DNA of 40,868 nucleotides from an uncultured Muribaculaceae bacterium (GCA_964561805.1 CAZLQU010000001.1:26125-66992), one strand, 5' to 3'; counted from the first letter of the stretch, positions 9,601-17,480 are shown. Notes: generated by a model not told the origin, from the sequence alone. A program made the numbers and translations.

Positions 9601-10621
9601 CGGAACAATTACATATAATCCTGGATTAACATCTACCACATTAACTAAGAATGTGTATGCTACATGGACTCCTAAACCTGTATATATTTACTACAATCCA
9701 AATGGTGGTACTGTTGGTGGAACATTTACAACATATAACGATTGGATGTCAAGTGATGGCTCATCGTATTATAAACAAGTAGTAAATAGTGGCGGAAGTA
9801 CAGATTTAGTTAATTATAATGCTTCAGCTTTTGGAATAACTAAAAAAGGTTATGTACCACCGACAGCTAGTATATGGTGTTTAAAGAATAGTACAACGGT
9901 ATGTTATGATCAAACAACTAGTTATACATATGCCCAATATAAAGCAAATGCTACTGAAAAAACTTCTTATTATGATTTGAGTCTATATGTCAATTGGGCA
10001 CCTGTTACATATTCAATTTCTTATAACTTAAATGGTGGCTCGCATGGTACTAATCATCCAACTAGTGCAACTTATGGTGCAAGTCCATTTGCGATATCTG
10101 CGCCATCAAAATCGGGATACACATTTACAGGTTGGACAAGTACGACACTTGGTACAACAGCTAAAGCATGTACAGGAACAGCTACATCAACATGTGCCAA
10201 TTGGGGTGGTGAAAAAACAGCAAGAGGATATTATACAAATTTAAGTGATTCAACTACTGGCGTTACGTTAGTAGCTAATTGGGTATCTAATACGACATAT
10301 ACAGTTAAGGTATTTAAATGCTTAATGTATACGACAACTCCAAAAAGGACAGCAAATTATCAATCATATGATAGTTATAGTGCATGTAATTCAGCTTGTA
10401 CTGGAACATGCTATAGTGAAACAGGCACAGCATATACTTGTGTATGGTATACAAATTCATGTTCAAGTCCATATTCTTTATCAGGAAGTACATGTGTTGC
10501 TTATTTATCACAAGAACAATCATCGCAAACTGGTCAAACATCATGTACGCCAGTTACAAACTATACAACATGTAATAGTAGTCATGTTAATGAAACTAAT
10601 ACAACATGTACTGAAGAATAA
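3692..10621 (+). CDS. Giant (about 2,310 aa) cell-surface protein with a signal-anchor, a family-specific N-terminal module, Ig/FN3-like domains, many Listeria-Bacteroides (InlB B-repeat, Flg_new) repeats and a C-terminal Cys-rich domain
   Basis: ORF is open 3680-10621. I place the start at ATG 3692 (GGTGA SD, 5 nt spacer), because the upstream ATG 3680 is TTG in the paralog. N-terminus is MKKKITIITIVVFVVGLIIAGSSYAFWSW. The motif GYTF(D/Q/T)GW...HTLYA(H/I)W recurs more than 10 times. DTTAPSC...TCTDSESGI looks Ig-like. There is no LPXTG and no C-terminal TM segment. Confidence 0.9.
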   Translation: MKKKITIITIVVFVVGLIIAGSSYAFWSWTSNVNKNVVFNIASNLRNYIVYNEGESAFTGELNVSNSYLTGSIHSTISIYKTTNVNMLATLHMDVNQIGPNMKNSTALKWVVTAGTVSNVGAELAHGNFVGANNGDTLTLVPDIPVNITETFYTIWIWLDSSENPSDNLSGETLDTNVWTEINQAEGAEDRYEITNTNANYQQISATVVDSKYKVTHYAITTTNSDPSNWTEIIPTTEQNNVYTLNESVSGTGTYYIWFKDENNRVKNKQIQVSSVDTTAPSCVWGPFAPGIINYNNTSVITLTCTDSESGISVHNLTTADIITSNSSIEVSNIVKENIANGYKYTITVIGTSNIGTADLTLDDNKVRNGVNLGNSSISSDDLMIDKASCVAPTNVQISTAGIVTWTASSTASSYEISIDNETFATATSGIDYKNTIIATSGTRTVYVRSVCDSTYYYTPSDNATKSINVYSVSLTNGTGISTVTGSGNYISGSTVNIGATVASNYSWGNWTDNNNGNAQISTVRTYSGTISSNWNYRANAVADQYTVDFDDNRFNTSASLTAGGLTISYNSNTHELTIDGTQTASIQLQNILQTFTEGDTYKATLTYISGSVSSGDGSNYLICNDLRGQNVSDVVLQYCLKPPSASINTITKTITADAATNGKRLFAMLWVQSENQITYTNYKVKVDFTKVETKTVTYGSTYGTLPSPTRTGYTFDGWYTAETGGTKVLATSTLSVNADHTLYAHWTPESYTVTFDDNRFNAPASMTVDDLTVSYNSNTHELTINGTQTASIQLQNILQTFTEGDTYKATLTYISGSVSSADGSNYLICNDLRGQNVSDVVLQYCLRPPSASINTVTKTITADAATNGKRLFAMLWVQSANQITYTNYKVKVDFTKVETKTVTYGSTYGTLPAPTRAGYTFDGWYTAETGGTKVLATSTLSVNADHTLYAHWTPESYTVTFDDNRFNAPASMTEGGLTITYDSGTHELTITGTQAAAVNLQRILHTFVEGDTYNSTLTYVSGTVTAIDNTTHYLCNDVVNNNGTVYQYCITPPLSSSVTRQRVITADAANNGTHLRSWLYAATGNKVTYTNYKIRVDFTKVETKAVTYGSSYGTLPTPTRTGYTFDGWYTAETGGSKITNSSSVSTAENHTLYAHWTIKEPALIINPNGGSYNGSTSNTRITQAYNTTYQVLNNPTRAGYVFNGWTISGDGTYNPYDTSISPTSTQTINYNSSSSTLPTVYNNSGGGTVTLSMVSDSTASGGYALRMVTNGTASPGAGGMHTSILPTDPSRINVIEIRAKIPTGYNLKPGGVSYYYTGIGSSYIVRPTGGTGSWKTYYLIIYGGDTGTFSSELYLYITGSNNTSVTWYINSVTVKSYTRSQFKSVYQFGEAAGTLTANWALNGSRVRFNTNGGSYNTTYVKNWTNGYNSVSANSSADRHINYSTSYATFPADNSYNWTPDDRVISKTGCTFTGWYTATSNGTKVFNTNGTLVASVSGYSDASKAWIKYDANTNLYAIWSANSYQVCYNKNTTDTVSSMPSGCTSYTYASSGTVNLNSSAPTRTGYTFQGWSTSSTATTGDYAAGAAWSKSNVPNSGNTITLYAIWKAKPVYIYYNPNGGTVGGTYTTYNGWMSSDGSTYYKYTVNSGASVDLMNYNGSNFGITKEGYEPPTASIWCLKNSTTACYDQTTSYTYDQYKANATEKTSNYELNLYVNWQGKAYTVKFYRGLGTSEGGDPTYLGSTSCTFGTTCTLKKYSSMTAVFPSSSAGWGFAGWSISQTSTTRTYSDQQSINPSSYTATLNLYAVGSRTVTYYRPTTASPSTNDTVTYTQYWIPYTNSTTYATSVTVPAGRSIGNSWTFQCYRANDTASSTCGINASYNGSTYNIPVGNLVTYRSIYNRSLSLVYNKNGGTGTAPSTQSATQYYNSGTTSGANTVGATFTLAANTLTKTGNNFNGWAESSSATSGTAAGGTITYNPGLTSTTLTKNVYATWTPKPVYIYYNPNGGTVGGTFTTYNDWMSSDGSSYYKQVVNSGGSTDLVNYNASAFGITKKGYVPPTASIWCLKNSTTVCYDQTTSYTYAQYKANATEKTSYYDLSLYVNWAPVTYSISYNLNGGSHGTNHPTSATYGASPFAISAPSKSGYTFTGWTSTTLGTTAKACTGTATSTCANWGGEKTARGYYTNLSDSTTGVTLVANWVSNTTYTVKVFKCLMYTTTPKRTANYQSYDSYSACNSACTGTCYSETGTAYTCVWYTNSCSSPYSLSGSTCVAYLSQEQSSQTGQTSCTPVTNYTTCNSSHVNETNTTCTEE
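5327..7174 (+). repeat. In-frame tandem repeat, 3 x 618 bp (206 aa each), inside giant gene 1
   Basis: Units start at 5327, 5945 and 6563 (YTV(D/T)FDDNRFN...HTLYAHWT). Units 1 and 2 are nearly identical at the DNA level and unit 3 is diverged in its first two thirds. A 167-nt stretch at 5828-5994 reads as identical to 6446-6612. Confidence 0.9.
8516..8839 (+). repeat. Copy 1 of a 324-bp dispersed direct repeat inside giant gene 1
   Basis: KPVYIYYNPNGGTVGGTYTTYNGWMSSDGS...CLKNSTTACYDQTTSYTY...LYVNW. Its paralogous block is at 9674-9997. Confidence 0.85.
9674..9997 (+). repeat. Copy 2 of the 324-bp dispersed direct repeat inside giant gene 1
   Basis: KPVYIYYNPNGGTVGGTFTTYNDWMSSDGS...CLKNSTTVCYDQTTSYTY...LYVNW. 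Same length and frame as 8516-8839. Confidence 0.85.
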
Positions 10622-10630
10622 TAGTATTAA

Positions 10631-10658
10631 AAGTCAATACGAAAGTATTGACTTTTTT
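10631..10658 (+). terminator. Rho-independent terminator of giant gene 1 (conserved with the terminator of giant gene 2)
   Basis: AAGTCAATAC-gaaa-GTATTGACTT (GNRA-type loop) followed by TTTT. Nearly the same hairpin occurs at 27611-27637. Confidence 0.8.
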
Positions 10659-10763
10659 AGTGGTATTATGTTATATTTAATGGGACTGCGGTGATTTTGT
10701 TTGATGTGAATACGTTTTTTTTAAGAAAAGAAGCGTTTTTTTGCGTTGTATGGGAGGTATATT

Positions 10764-12770
10764 TTGGAATTAGCAAAGGAAGAAATTATACTCGAAGAAA
10801 AACGACTCGAAGATACGATTAAACTTATTCGTAGTAAGATTAGCGTATTAGGACAAGAATTATATGATCGGGATGAAAAAGTACTAGAATTTAAAAAGTT
10901 CATGTGGGATAGTCGGGCTGATATGGACGGGGCAGAACTTAAGACAATGATGTCTGATAATGATTTAGAAATTAGAATGATGATGAATAAGGGGGAATAT
11001 TTACAAAAACTATTTAAGGTGCAAAATAAACCATATTTTGGAAGAGTAATTTTTAAATCAGATAATAATACTGATGATGTATATATTGGAATTACGCATA
11101 TTATCGATGATGAGAATAACTACTATGTCCATGATTGGCGAAGTCCAATTTGTAATTTGTTTTATGACTTTGAAGTGGGAAAAGCTAACTATTTAGCTCC
11201 AATGGGAAGAATATATGGTGAAATTACTAAGAAAAGACAATATACGATTAAAGATGGTAAACTAATTCATGTTTTTGATAATAATATTAATATCGATGAT
11301 GAATTATTACAAGAAGTATTAGCTAGTGAATCAACAGATAAAATGAAAAATATTGTCGATACAATTCAAGCAGAACAAAATAAAGTAATCCGTAATACCG
11401 AAGATAAGAATCTAATCGTAGAAGGAATTGCCGGATCTGGAAAGACAAGTGTTGCCTTACATCGTATTGCCTTTCTTTTATATAAAATTCCTAATTTAAA
11501 ATCAAATAACGTTTTAATCTTTTCTCCAAATAAAATATTTTCTGAATATATTTCAAATGTTTTGCCAGAACTTGGGGAAGAGAACACAATGCAGACAACA
11601 ATAAATGATTTTCTTGATATGGAAATTAAAGAATTCGAGAAAGTAGAAACATTTACCGCTTTTATTGAAAGAAGTTATACAGACAGAGAAGATTATGAAT
11701 TTATTAAATATAAACAAAGTGATATGGTATATGAAGATATTGATAGATATATTGATAAATTGACAAGGAAACTTAGATTTGTAGATGATTTATTTACTAG
11801 GGATTATAGTTATACGGTAGATGAGCTTAATCTAATGTTAAAAGATAGATATAGTAAATTTTCAATAAGTGAAAGACTAAATTTTATGGCTGATAAAATT
11901 AGCGAAGTTAATTTTAAAGGGAGTTTGGGGAAATCAAAGAAAATTTTAAGTGAATTATATGAAAGATTAAATATTAAATTAAAGTTAATTGATATTTATG
12001 TTGACTTTTTTAAAAGCGAAGACAGTTTATTAAAAAGAGATATTAGTGATATTAAAAATAATCGAAAGTTACTTAATTATGATGATGCATGTTTATACGT
12101 TTATATGAAATGTAAATTATATGGATATAATTACAATACTTGGGTTAAAGAAATTGTTATTGATGAAGCTCAAGATTATTCAATGGGACAAATTAAACTA
12201 ATTAGTAAAATATTTAAAAATGCATCTTTTACAATTCTTGGAGATATCAATCAAACAATTAATCCGTACTATAAATATGATAGTTTAGAAGATTTGTGTA
12301 AAATATTAGATGATGCCAAATATATAGAACTTACTAAAACATATCGTTCTACAGAAGAAATAATTAATTATAGTAATAAAGTATTAGGACTAAATCATAT
12401 AAGCGCCGTAAGAAGAAATGAAAGTATGCCAGTAATTATAAAAGAAGAAAATGACTTAAATAATCAATTGCGTGAAGATATAAAAAGTGGTACTGGTAAA
12501 AGCCTGGCAATTATTACTAAAAATCAATCGGAATGTGATAAAATATATAATCTTTTAAAAGATACTGGAATATCTAAAATTGATAATAATAGTAAAAAAT
12601 TTAATCGTGATTTAATAGTGGTACCGGTATATATGGCAAAGGGGCTAGAGTTTGATAGTGTAATTATTTATACAGATAAAAACAATAGATATACAGATAG
12701 AGAAAAATACTTATATTATGTAGCTATCACAAGAGCACAACATAGGTTAGTAGTATATAATCAAAAGTAA
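10764..12770 (+). CDS. helD: HelD-like (helicase IV / UvrD-Rep superfamily 1) DNA helicase, RNA-polymerase-associated type
   Basis: Walker A GIAGSGKTSVALHRIAFLLY, DEAQDY (motif II), TKTYRST, and C-terminal GLEFDSVII...YVAITRAQHRL. The ORF track starts at TTG 10746, but GGGAGG (10752-10757) favours TTG 10764. Confidence 0.8.
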   Translation: MELAKEEIILEEKRLEDTIKLIRSKISVLGQELYDRDEKVLEFKKFMWDSRADMDGAELKTMMSDNDLEIRMMMNKGEYLQKLFKVQNKPYFGRVIFKSDNNTDDVYIGITHIIDDENNYYVHDWRSPICNLFYDFEVGKANYLAPMGRIYGEITKKRQYTIKDGKLIHVFDNNINIDDELLQEVLASESTDKMKNIVDTIQAEQNKVIRNTEDKNLIVEGIAGSGKTSVALHRIAFLLYKIPNLKSNNVLIFSPNKIFSEYISNVLPELGEENTMQTTINDFLDMEIKEFEKVETFTAFIERSYTDREDYEFIKYKQSDMVYEDIDRYIDKLTRKLRFVDDLFTRDYSYTVDELNLMLKDRYSKFSISERLNFMADKISEVNFKGSLGKSKKILSELYERLNIKLKLIDIYVDFFKSEDSLLKRDISDIKNNRKLLNYDDACLYVYMKCKLYGYNYNTWVKEIVIDEAQDYSMGQIKLISKIFKNASFTILGDINQTINPYYKYDSLEDLCKILDDAKYIELTKTYRSTEEIINYSNKVLGLNHISAVRRNESMPVIIKEENDLNNQLREDIKSGTGKSLAIITKNQSECDKIYNLLKDTGISKIDNNSKKFNRDLIVVPVYMAKGLEFDSVIIYTDKNNRYTDREKYLYYVAITRAQHRLVVYNQK

Positions 12771-12816
12771 ATTTAAAGTCTATATGAAGTTTAAACATAT
12801 TAAATCATCAATTAAT

Positions 12817-12845
12817 TTGCGCTATTTTAATAATTATGTTATATT
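12817..12845 (+). promoter_or_regulatory. Candidate sigma-A promoter for the dockerin-protein gene
   Basis: TTGCGC, 17 nt, TATATT. A GGTGA SD lies just before ATG 12861. Confidence 0.35.
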
Positions 12846-12860
12846 TATAATGGTGATAAT

Positions 12861-15455
12861 ATGAGAAAATATAATTTAATAATATTTATTATTTTATTAT
12901 TCTCTTTCAGTATTGATCATGCTTTTTGTGAAGAAGTTAATATTAAAACATATGATGCAAGTAGCGAGAACAATTTAAGTTTTTGGGAAAGTAAGATTAA
13001 AAATGCTAATTCCATTTCTATGGTTAAATCGATAGCCGATAAAAATAATGAGATAAATCATTTGTATATGGTTACTAAGTACTATTCGGCTCATCCTAAT
13101 GATGATATAACGTTACTATGTATTTCGGGTTTTTGCGATAATACACAAATTGATGAAGATAAAAAATTATCAATTAATTTAGATTTAGATTCATCTTTAA
13201 ATTATGATGATGTTAGAATTAAAATAAATTATTTATCTGTAAATAGGGAAGCACAGATTGAAATTAACGTGCTTGATTTTGATAGTTTAAGTTTTTATGT
13301 TTATGATGATAATAATGATTATGGTAGTTTTAAGATAGATGATGCTAGGTATTTAGGAGTATTTACAAGAAATGTTTTAATAAGTCAAAATCCTGATAAG
13401 TATAATTTAATTTATGAAGATAATTATGAAATTGTTTCTGAAAATTTGATGTTAAATAATGATTTAAAAAATAATTGTCATGATGGATGCGATTTAAAAA
13501 TTAAAATAATTCCTTTTGATAAATATCATGCATCTAGTTCCCATTTTGCAATTAGAGAAATTAAAATAGATGGATACAGAAATGGAGAAGTTTATCAAAA
13601 AGAAGTAATTAGAAAAATAAACAATCAACAAGTTATAAATGATATAAGAACAAGAATTGCGTATCGTATGTTTTATAGTGCTTCAGTTAAATATACTCCA
13701 AATAATAGTTTTACGCTGGCAGCTAGTGATAATTTAAACAATGTTAATGCAACATACAATAATGGCATATATTATTATGGATTACCTTATGGTGGAGAAA
13801 AGATTTCCTCTGTCGAAGAATTTAAAACTAGAATTGATAATTTAACTTATGATGAAGCAAATTCGATAAATGGTTTTTCTTGTTCTACTTCAGCGATGGA
13901 TGCAGTAACTAAAAATACTAATATATATACAAGCCTCGATTGGAGTGGCAAAGTCTTTTATTCTCCGGATACTAAATTAGTCGATTGTCCAAGTAGTATT
14001 AATGGTTATATTTCTAGTGCAAGTAGTACAATTGCAACGATTACTACGGAATGCAATAATATTGATAAAACTGCTTTGACAGGTTATACGGCGCCAGTGA
14101 TAAGAGAAAGAATAAGTGAGCAACAAATGTTTTATCGCTATGCAAATATCAATATTGGCGATTTAATTGTTCATAAAGAGTCATGCGTTGATAGTAATGG
14201 CAACGTTATTAGTAATTGTGCTGCTTCAGGACATACCAGATTAGTTACTGAAAAACCAATAATTGTATTTAAACAGGATCAAAATGGCAATTACATTATT
14301 GATGGAGAAAATAGTTATATTTATGTAACTGAAATTACCAAAAAAGATGTTAGTGAAACGCTTAGCGAATGGGATGATTGGTCAAATATTAATTGGAAAC
14401 AAGAAAATATAACTAATTTTAGAACAATGGAAAGAAAAATATATGGTAGTGGAGATTGTAATATTAATATTCAAACATCTTCACCGACAAAATTAGACTG
14501 TGAATTAGCCAATTCTCCAACAGAGTGGAATATTAGTTATAAATTATCGTTTAAAAGATTGTATGGTGAAACTAATTGGAATCATATTTATTTTCCTTTT
14601 ACATTTAATACATATAATGATATTATTACTAATGGTTTTGAGGTTCCATATGCTAAATTAATTTATAATAATCATGAAGCAATATATTATGATGATCGAT
14701 TATATAGTGATAATAATATAGTAACTAAAGAATTGGCAAGTGCAATTAAAACTAATAAACAATTGTTGGGAACAATAAAGACAAACTATAAATTGACAAA
14801 AATAAAATATGAAATAACATTGAAAGATAATAATATATTACAGTTTTTAGAATATCCGGTATATGCGACTAATAATATTCAAAATCGCTATTCAATGGCA
14901 TATGAGAATAATTTGTCGCAAGTGCTTGATAATTTTGACAATATTTCAAGAATAAAAATAACGGTTTTATCAGTTGGCCCTAAATTAGAAAATATAAACA
15001 ACAATGTTGTTAATGACAATGAACTTTATGATGAAATAAATGCATCTAATTCAATTGTTGTCTTTGATTATGATTATGATTCTTTACCAGAATATAAGGT
15101 AATTGATGAGAAAAATGTTGTGAGGACAAAAACTTCCTTGCTTAATAATTTAACGGTTAATAGTATAAAAGGGGCTAATGTAACAATTAATAGTTCTAAT
15201 AGCGAACTTGCTACAGGTGATGAAATCAATATAACATTTAATAATACGAACGATATTGTTAGTTATTATTTAGCATTTCCTGGTGATGTTAATGACAATA
15301 GTATAATTGATTTGGATGATGCAAAGATAATTGCTAGACATATTGTGGATAAAAATGTAATTATCAATGATGCCAATTTAATCGCCGCTGATTATAATGA
15401 TGATAATCAAATAAAAATGAATGATGTAGTTAAATTGTTAAAGAATATAAACTAG
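12861..15455 (+). CDS. Secreted 864-aa protein with a C-terminal dockerin-type (type I-like) duplicated Ca-binding module
   Basis: Signal peptide MRKYNLIIFIILLFSFSIDHAFC. The C-terminus GDVNDNSIIDLDDAKIIARHIV...ADYNDDNQIKMNDVVKLLKNI matches the duplicated dockerin F-hand segments (15279-15452). The central region is not assignable, but see the finding on Cys/His motifs. Confidence 0.6.
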   Translation: MRKYNLIIFIILLFSFSIDHAFCEEVNIKTYDASSENNLSFWESKIKNANSISMVKSIADKNNEINHLYMVTKYYSAHPNDDITLLCISGFCDNTQIDEDKKLSINLDLDSSLNYDDVRIKINYLSVNREAQIEINVLDFDSLSFYVYDDNNDYGSFKIDDARYLGVFTRNVLISQNPDKYNLIYEDNYEIVSENLMLNNDLKNNCHDGCDLKIKIIPFDKYHASSSHFAIREIKIDGYRNGEVYQKEVIRKINNQQVINDIRTRIAYRMFYSASVKYTPNNSFTLAASDNLNNVNATYNNGIYYYGLPYGGEKISSVEEFKTRIDNLTYDEANSINGFSCSTSAMDAVTKNTNIYTSLDWSGKVFYSPDTKLVDCPSSINGYISSASSTIATITTECNNIDKTALTGYTAPVIRERISEQQMFYRYANINIGDLIVHKESCVDSNGNVISNCAASGHTRLVTEKPIIVFKQDQNGNYIIDGENSYIYVTEITKKDVSETLSEWDDWSNINWKQENITNFRTMERKIYGSGDCNINIQTSSPTKLDCELANSPTEWNISYKLSFKRLYGETNWNHIYFPFTFNTYNDIITNGFEVPYAKLIYNNHEAIYYDDRLYSDNNIVTKELASAIKTNKQLLGTIKTNYKLTKIKYEITLKDNNILQFLEYPVYATNNIQNRYSMAYENNLSQVLDNFDNISRIKITVLSVGPKLENINNNVVNDNELYDEINASNSIVVFDYDYDSLPEYKVIDEKNVVRTKTSLLNNLTVNSIKGANVTINSSNSELATGDEINITFNNTNDIVSYYLAFPGDVNDNSIIDLDDAKIIARHIVDKNVIINDANLIAADYNDDNQIKMNDVVKLLKNIN

Positions 15456-15469
15456 TTATATTAAAACTA

Positions 15470-15497
15470 TTTACAAATTGAGAAACAATGCTATAAT
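15470..15497 (+). promoter_or_regulatory. Sigma-A promoter driving the T-box leader / ORF / glyQS unit
   Basis: TTTACA (15470-15475), 16 nt, extended -10 TGcTATAAT (TATAAT 15492-15497). Confidence 0.55.
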
Positions 15498-15503
15498 AAT
15501 TAT

Positions 15504-15628
15504 AGATTTATGAATGCGATGACGGGCTTGGAAACCTATCAGCAATGTGTTTTTGAGAGATTCTTCGGAATAAATAAAGTGGAACCGCGGTTATGTAATC
15601 GTCTTTATAATTTCGGGGATTTTTTCTT
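15504..15628 (+). promoter_or_regulatory. Candidate compact T-box riboswitch leader (glycine-type discriminator pairing)
   Basis: Stem I base with K-turn-like UGCGAUGA...UCAGCA (15515-15545). The loop holds Gly codons GGC (15525-15527) and GGA followed by A (15530-15533). Stem III is AUUC-UUCG-GAAU (15560-15571). The T-box sequence AAAGUGGAACCGCGG (15576-15590) has a UGGA bulge and a complementary CGUCUUU (15600-15606), then CGGGGAUUUUUUC. Confidence 0.55.
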
Positions 15629-15644
15629 TAATAGGGGGGAAAAA

Positions 15645-16034
15645 ATGAGAAATATTAGCAAAATGATTAAGTGCCGGGCAATATTTTTGCAAAGTCTTGC
15701 AACATTATATAATGGAGATTTCGTTTTTAATGAAGATTTCGATTTACTTTTGGATAGTTTCTTTGATAGTTATATTCATAGTAATTTTGATAAGTTTAAT
15801 TTAATATATAATTTTAGATTGGAAGATGGTAAATTAGCAATTCATGAAGAAGATGAATGGCGTGAAATACTAATCAAATACATAAATTGTTTTAGAATAA
15901 ATGACACTAAAAATATTATTAAATTATATAATGATGTAGGATTTAGTGATACTCAAAAATTAAGCGAATTAGCAGAAATGTTTTATGAATATCTAGCACT
16001 TATTAGTGATGATAAAGTAATGATAAAGAGTTAA
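15645..16034 (+). CDS. Hypothetical acidic 129-aa protein between the T-box leader and glyQS
   Basis: ATG 15645 is preceded by a GGGGGG SD with a 5-6 nt spacer. The ORF-track start 15510 would translate the leader RNA. I recognise no motif. It ends 11 nt before glyQS. Confidence 0.55.
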   Translation: MRNISKMIKCRAIFLQSLATLYNGDFVFNEDFDLLLDSFFDSYIHSNFDKFNLIYNFRLEDGKLAIHEEDEWREILIKYINCFRINDTKNIIKLYNDVGFSDTQKLSELAEMFYEYLALISDDKVMIKS

Positions 16035-16045
16035 GGAGGAAAAAA

Positions 16046-17413
16046 ATGAAAGAAATTACAATGCAAGAAATGGTTAATTACTGCAAGCAATATGGCTTTA
16101 TATTTCAAGGAAGTGAAATATATGGTGGGCTTGCTAATACGTGGGATTATGGTCCACTTGGAAGTAGACTTAAAAACAATATTAAGGATGCATGGAGAAA
16201 AAGATTTATTCAAGAAAGAAAGAATGCCTATGAATTAGATGCTGATATTTTAATGCATCCAAAAGTATGGGAAGCTTCAGGACACGTAGCTGGTTTTGCT
16301 GATCCACTAGTTGACTGCAAGGAATGTAAAACTAGACATAGAGTCGATAATTTAATTAATGATTATACAAAATCAACGATTGCTGACGGGATGACGGAAG
16401 AAGAAATGGTAAAATATCTAAAAGATAATAAAGTACCTTGTCCAAAATGTGGTAAAAGCAATTTTACGGATATTAGAGAATTTAATTTAATGTTTCAAAC
16501 ATATCGAGGTGTCACTAAAGATAATAAAAGTATTGTTTATTTAAGACCAGAAAATGCACAGGGAGAATATGTTAATTTTCTTAATGTACAAAGGTCTATG
16601 AGAGCAAAACTACCTTTTAGTATTGGCCAAATTGGTAAGGCATTTAGAAATGAAATAACACCGGGTAATTTTACTTTTAGAACAATCGAATTTGAACAAA
16701 TGGAATATCAAACTTTCTGCAAAGAAGGGGATGATATGAAATTATATGAGTATTTCAAAGAATATGGTAAGAAATTCTATATGGATTTAGGATTACCGGA
16801 AGAAAAACTAAGATATCATGACCATGAAAAATTAGTATTCTATGCCAAAGCAGCTTGTGATATTGAATATTTATTCCCATTTGGTTGGGGGGAAATCAAC
16901 GGAACACATAATAGAACCAACTATGATTTAACTCGTCATCAAGAGTATTCAGGTGAAAGACAAGAATATATTGATCCAGATACAAATGAAAAATTCATTC
17001 CATATATTGTCGAATCTACATATGGCCTTGATAGAACGGTTTTAGCAGTTTTATTTAATGCTTATTGCAAGGAAGAACTAGAGAACGATACTCGTGAAGT
17101 AATGAGATTTCATCCATATTTAGCACCATATAAATGTGCTATACTTCCACTAGTTAAGAAGTATCATAGTGAAAAAGCAATGGAAATATACGAGGAACTA
17201 AATAAACACTTTATGACTAGTTATGATGAAACGGGATCTATCGGTAAAAGATATCGTCGCCAAGATGCAATTGGAACACCTTTTGTAATAACAATTGATG
17301 ATGAAACAATCAATAATGGCACAGTAACCATTAGGGATAGAGATACGATGAAACAAATAACTTTAAAACTAGATGAAATAGTCAAGTATATTGAAGAGAG
17401 AATTAAATTTTAA
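16046..17413 (+). CDS. glyQS: Glycine--tRNA ligase (homodimeric alpha2 class II type)
   Basis: 455 aa with an AAGGAGG SD. N-terminus ...YCKQYGFIFQGSEIYGGLANTWDYGPLG, then RPENAQG, GKAFRNEITP, FRTIEFEQME, GLDR and a C-terminal anticodon-binding region GKRYRRQD. Confidence 0.95.
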   Translation: MKEITMQEMVNYCKQYGFIFQGSEIYGGLANTWDYGPLGSRLKNNIKDAWRKRFIQERKNAYELDADILMHPKVWEASGHVAGFADPLVDCKECKTRHRVDNLINDYTKSTIADGMTEEEMVKYLKDNKVPCPKCGKSNFTDIREFNLMFQTYRGVTKDNKSIVYLRPENAQGEYVNFLNVQRSMRAKLPFSIGQIGKAFRNEITPGNFTFRTIEFEQMEYQTFCKEGDDMKLYEYFKEYGKKFYMDLGLPEEKLRYHDHEKLVFYAKAACDIEYLFPFGWGEINGTHNRTNYDLTRHQEYSGERQEYIDPDTNEKFIPYIVESTYGLDRTVLAVLFNAYCKEELENDTREVMRFHPYLAPYKCAILPLVKKYHSEKAMEIYEELNKHFMTSYDETGSIGKRYRRQDAIGTPFVITIDDETINNGTVTIRDRDTMKQITLKLDEIVKYIEERIKF

Positions 17414-17440
17414 TTTTCTCTTTTAATTTGTTTTTTTTTA
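17395..17440 (+). terminator. Possible terminator after glyQS
   Basis: AGAGAGAAUU...AAUUUUCUCU (one G-U pair) overlaps the stop codon and is followed by T-rich sequence including T9. The AU-rich stem is weak. Confidence 0.35.
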
Positions 17441-17480
17441 AATACTATGATATAATACTCGGCCGATTGGGGATGGTAGT

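Noticed and set aside
10712-10742. Second hairpin (ACGUUUUUUUU-aag-AAAAGAAGCGU followed by a U-run) between the giant-gene terminator and helD, as a possible attenuator.
   Set aside because: The stem is almost entirely A-U/G-U and therefore weak. It is hard to distinguish from chance in AT-rich intergenic DNA, and I recognise no riboswitch-like conserved core.
15510-15644. ORF-track start at 15510, giving a 174-aa protein.
   Set aside because: The first 45 codons coincide with the T-box-like leader structure and lack an SD. ATG 15645 has a strong GGGGGG SD. I therefore treat 15504-15628 as RNA leader.
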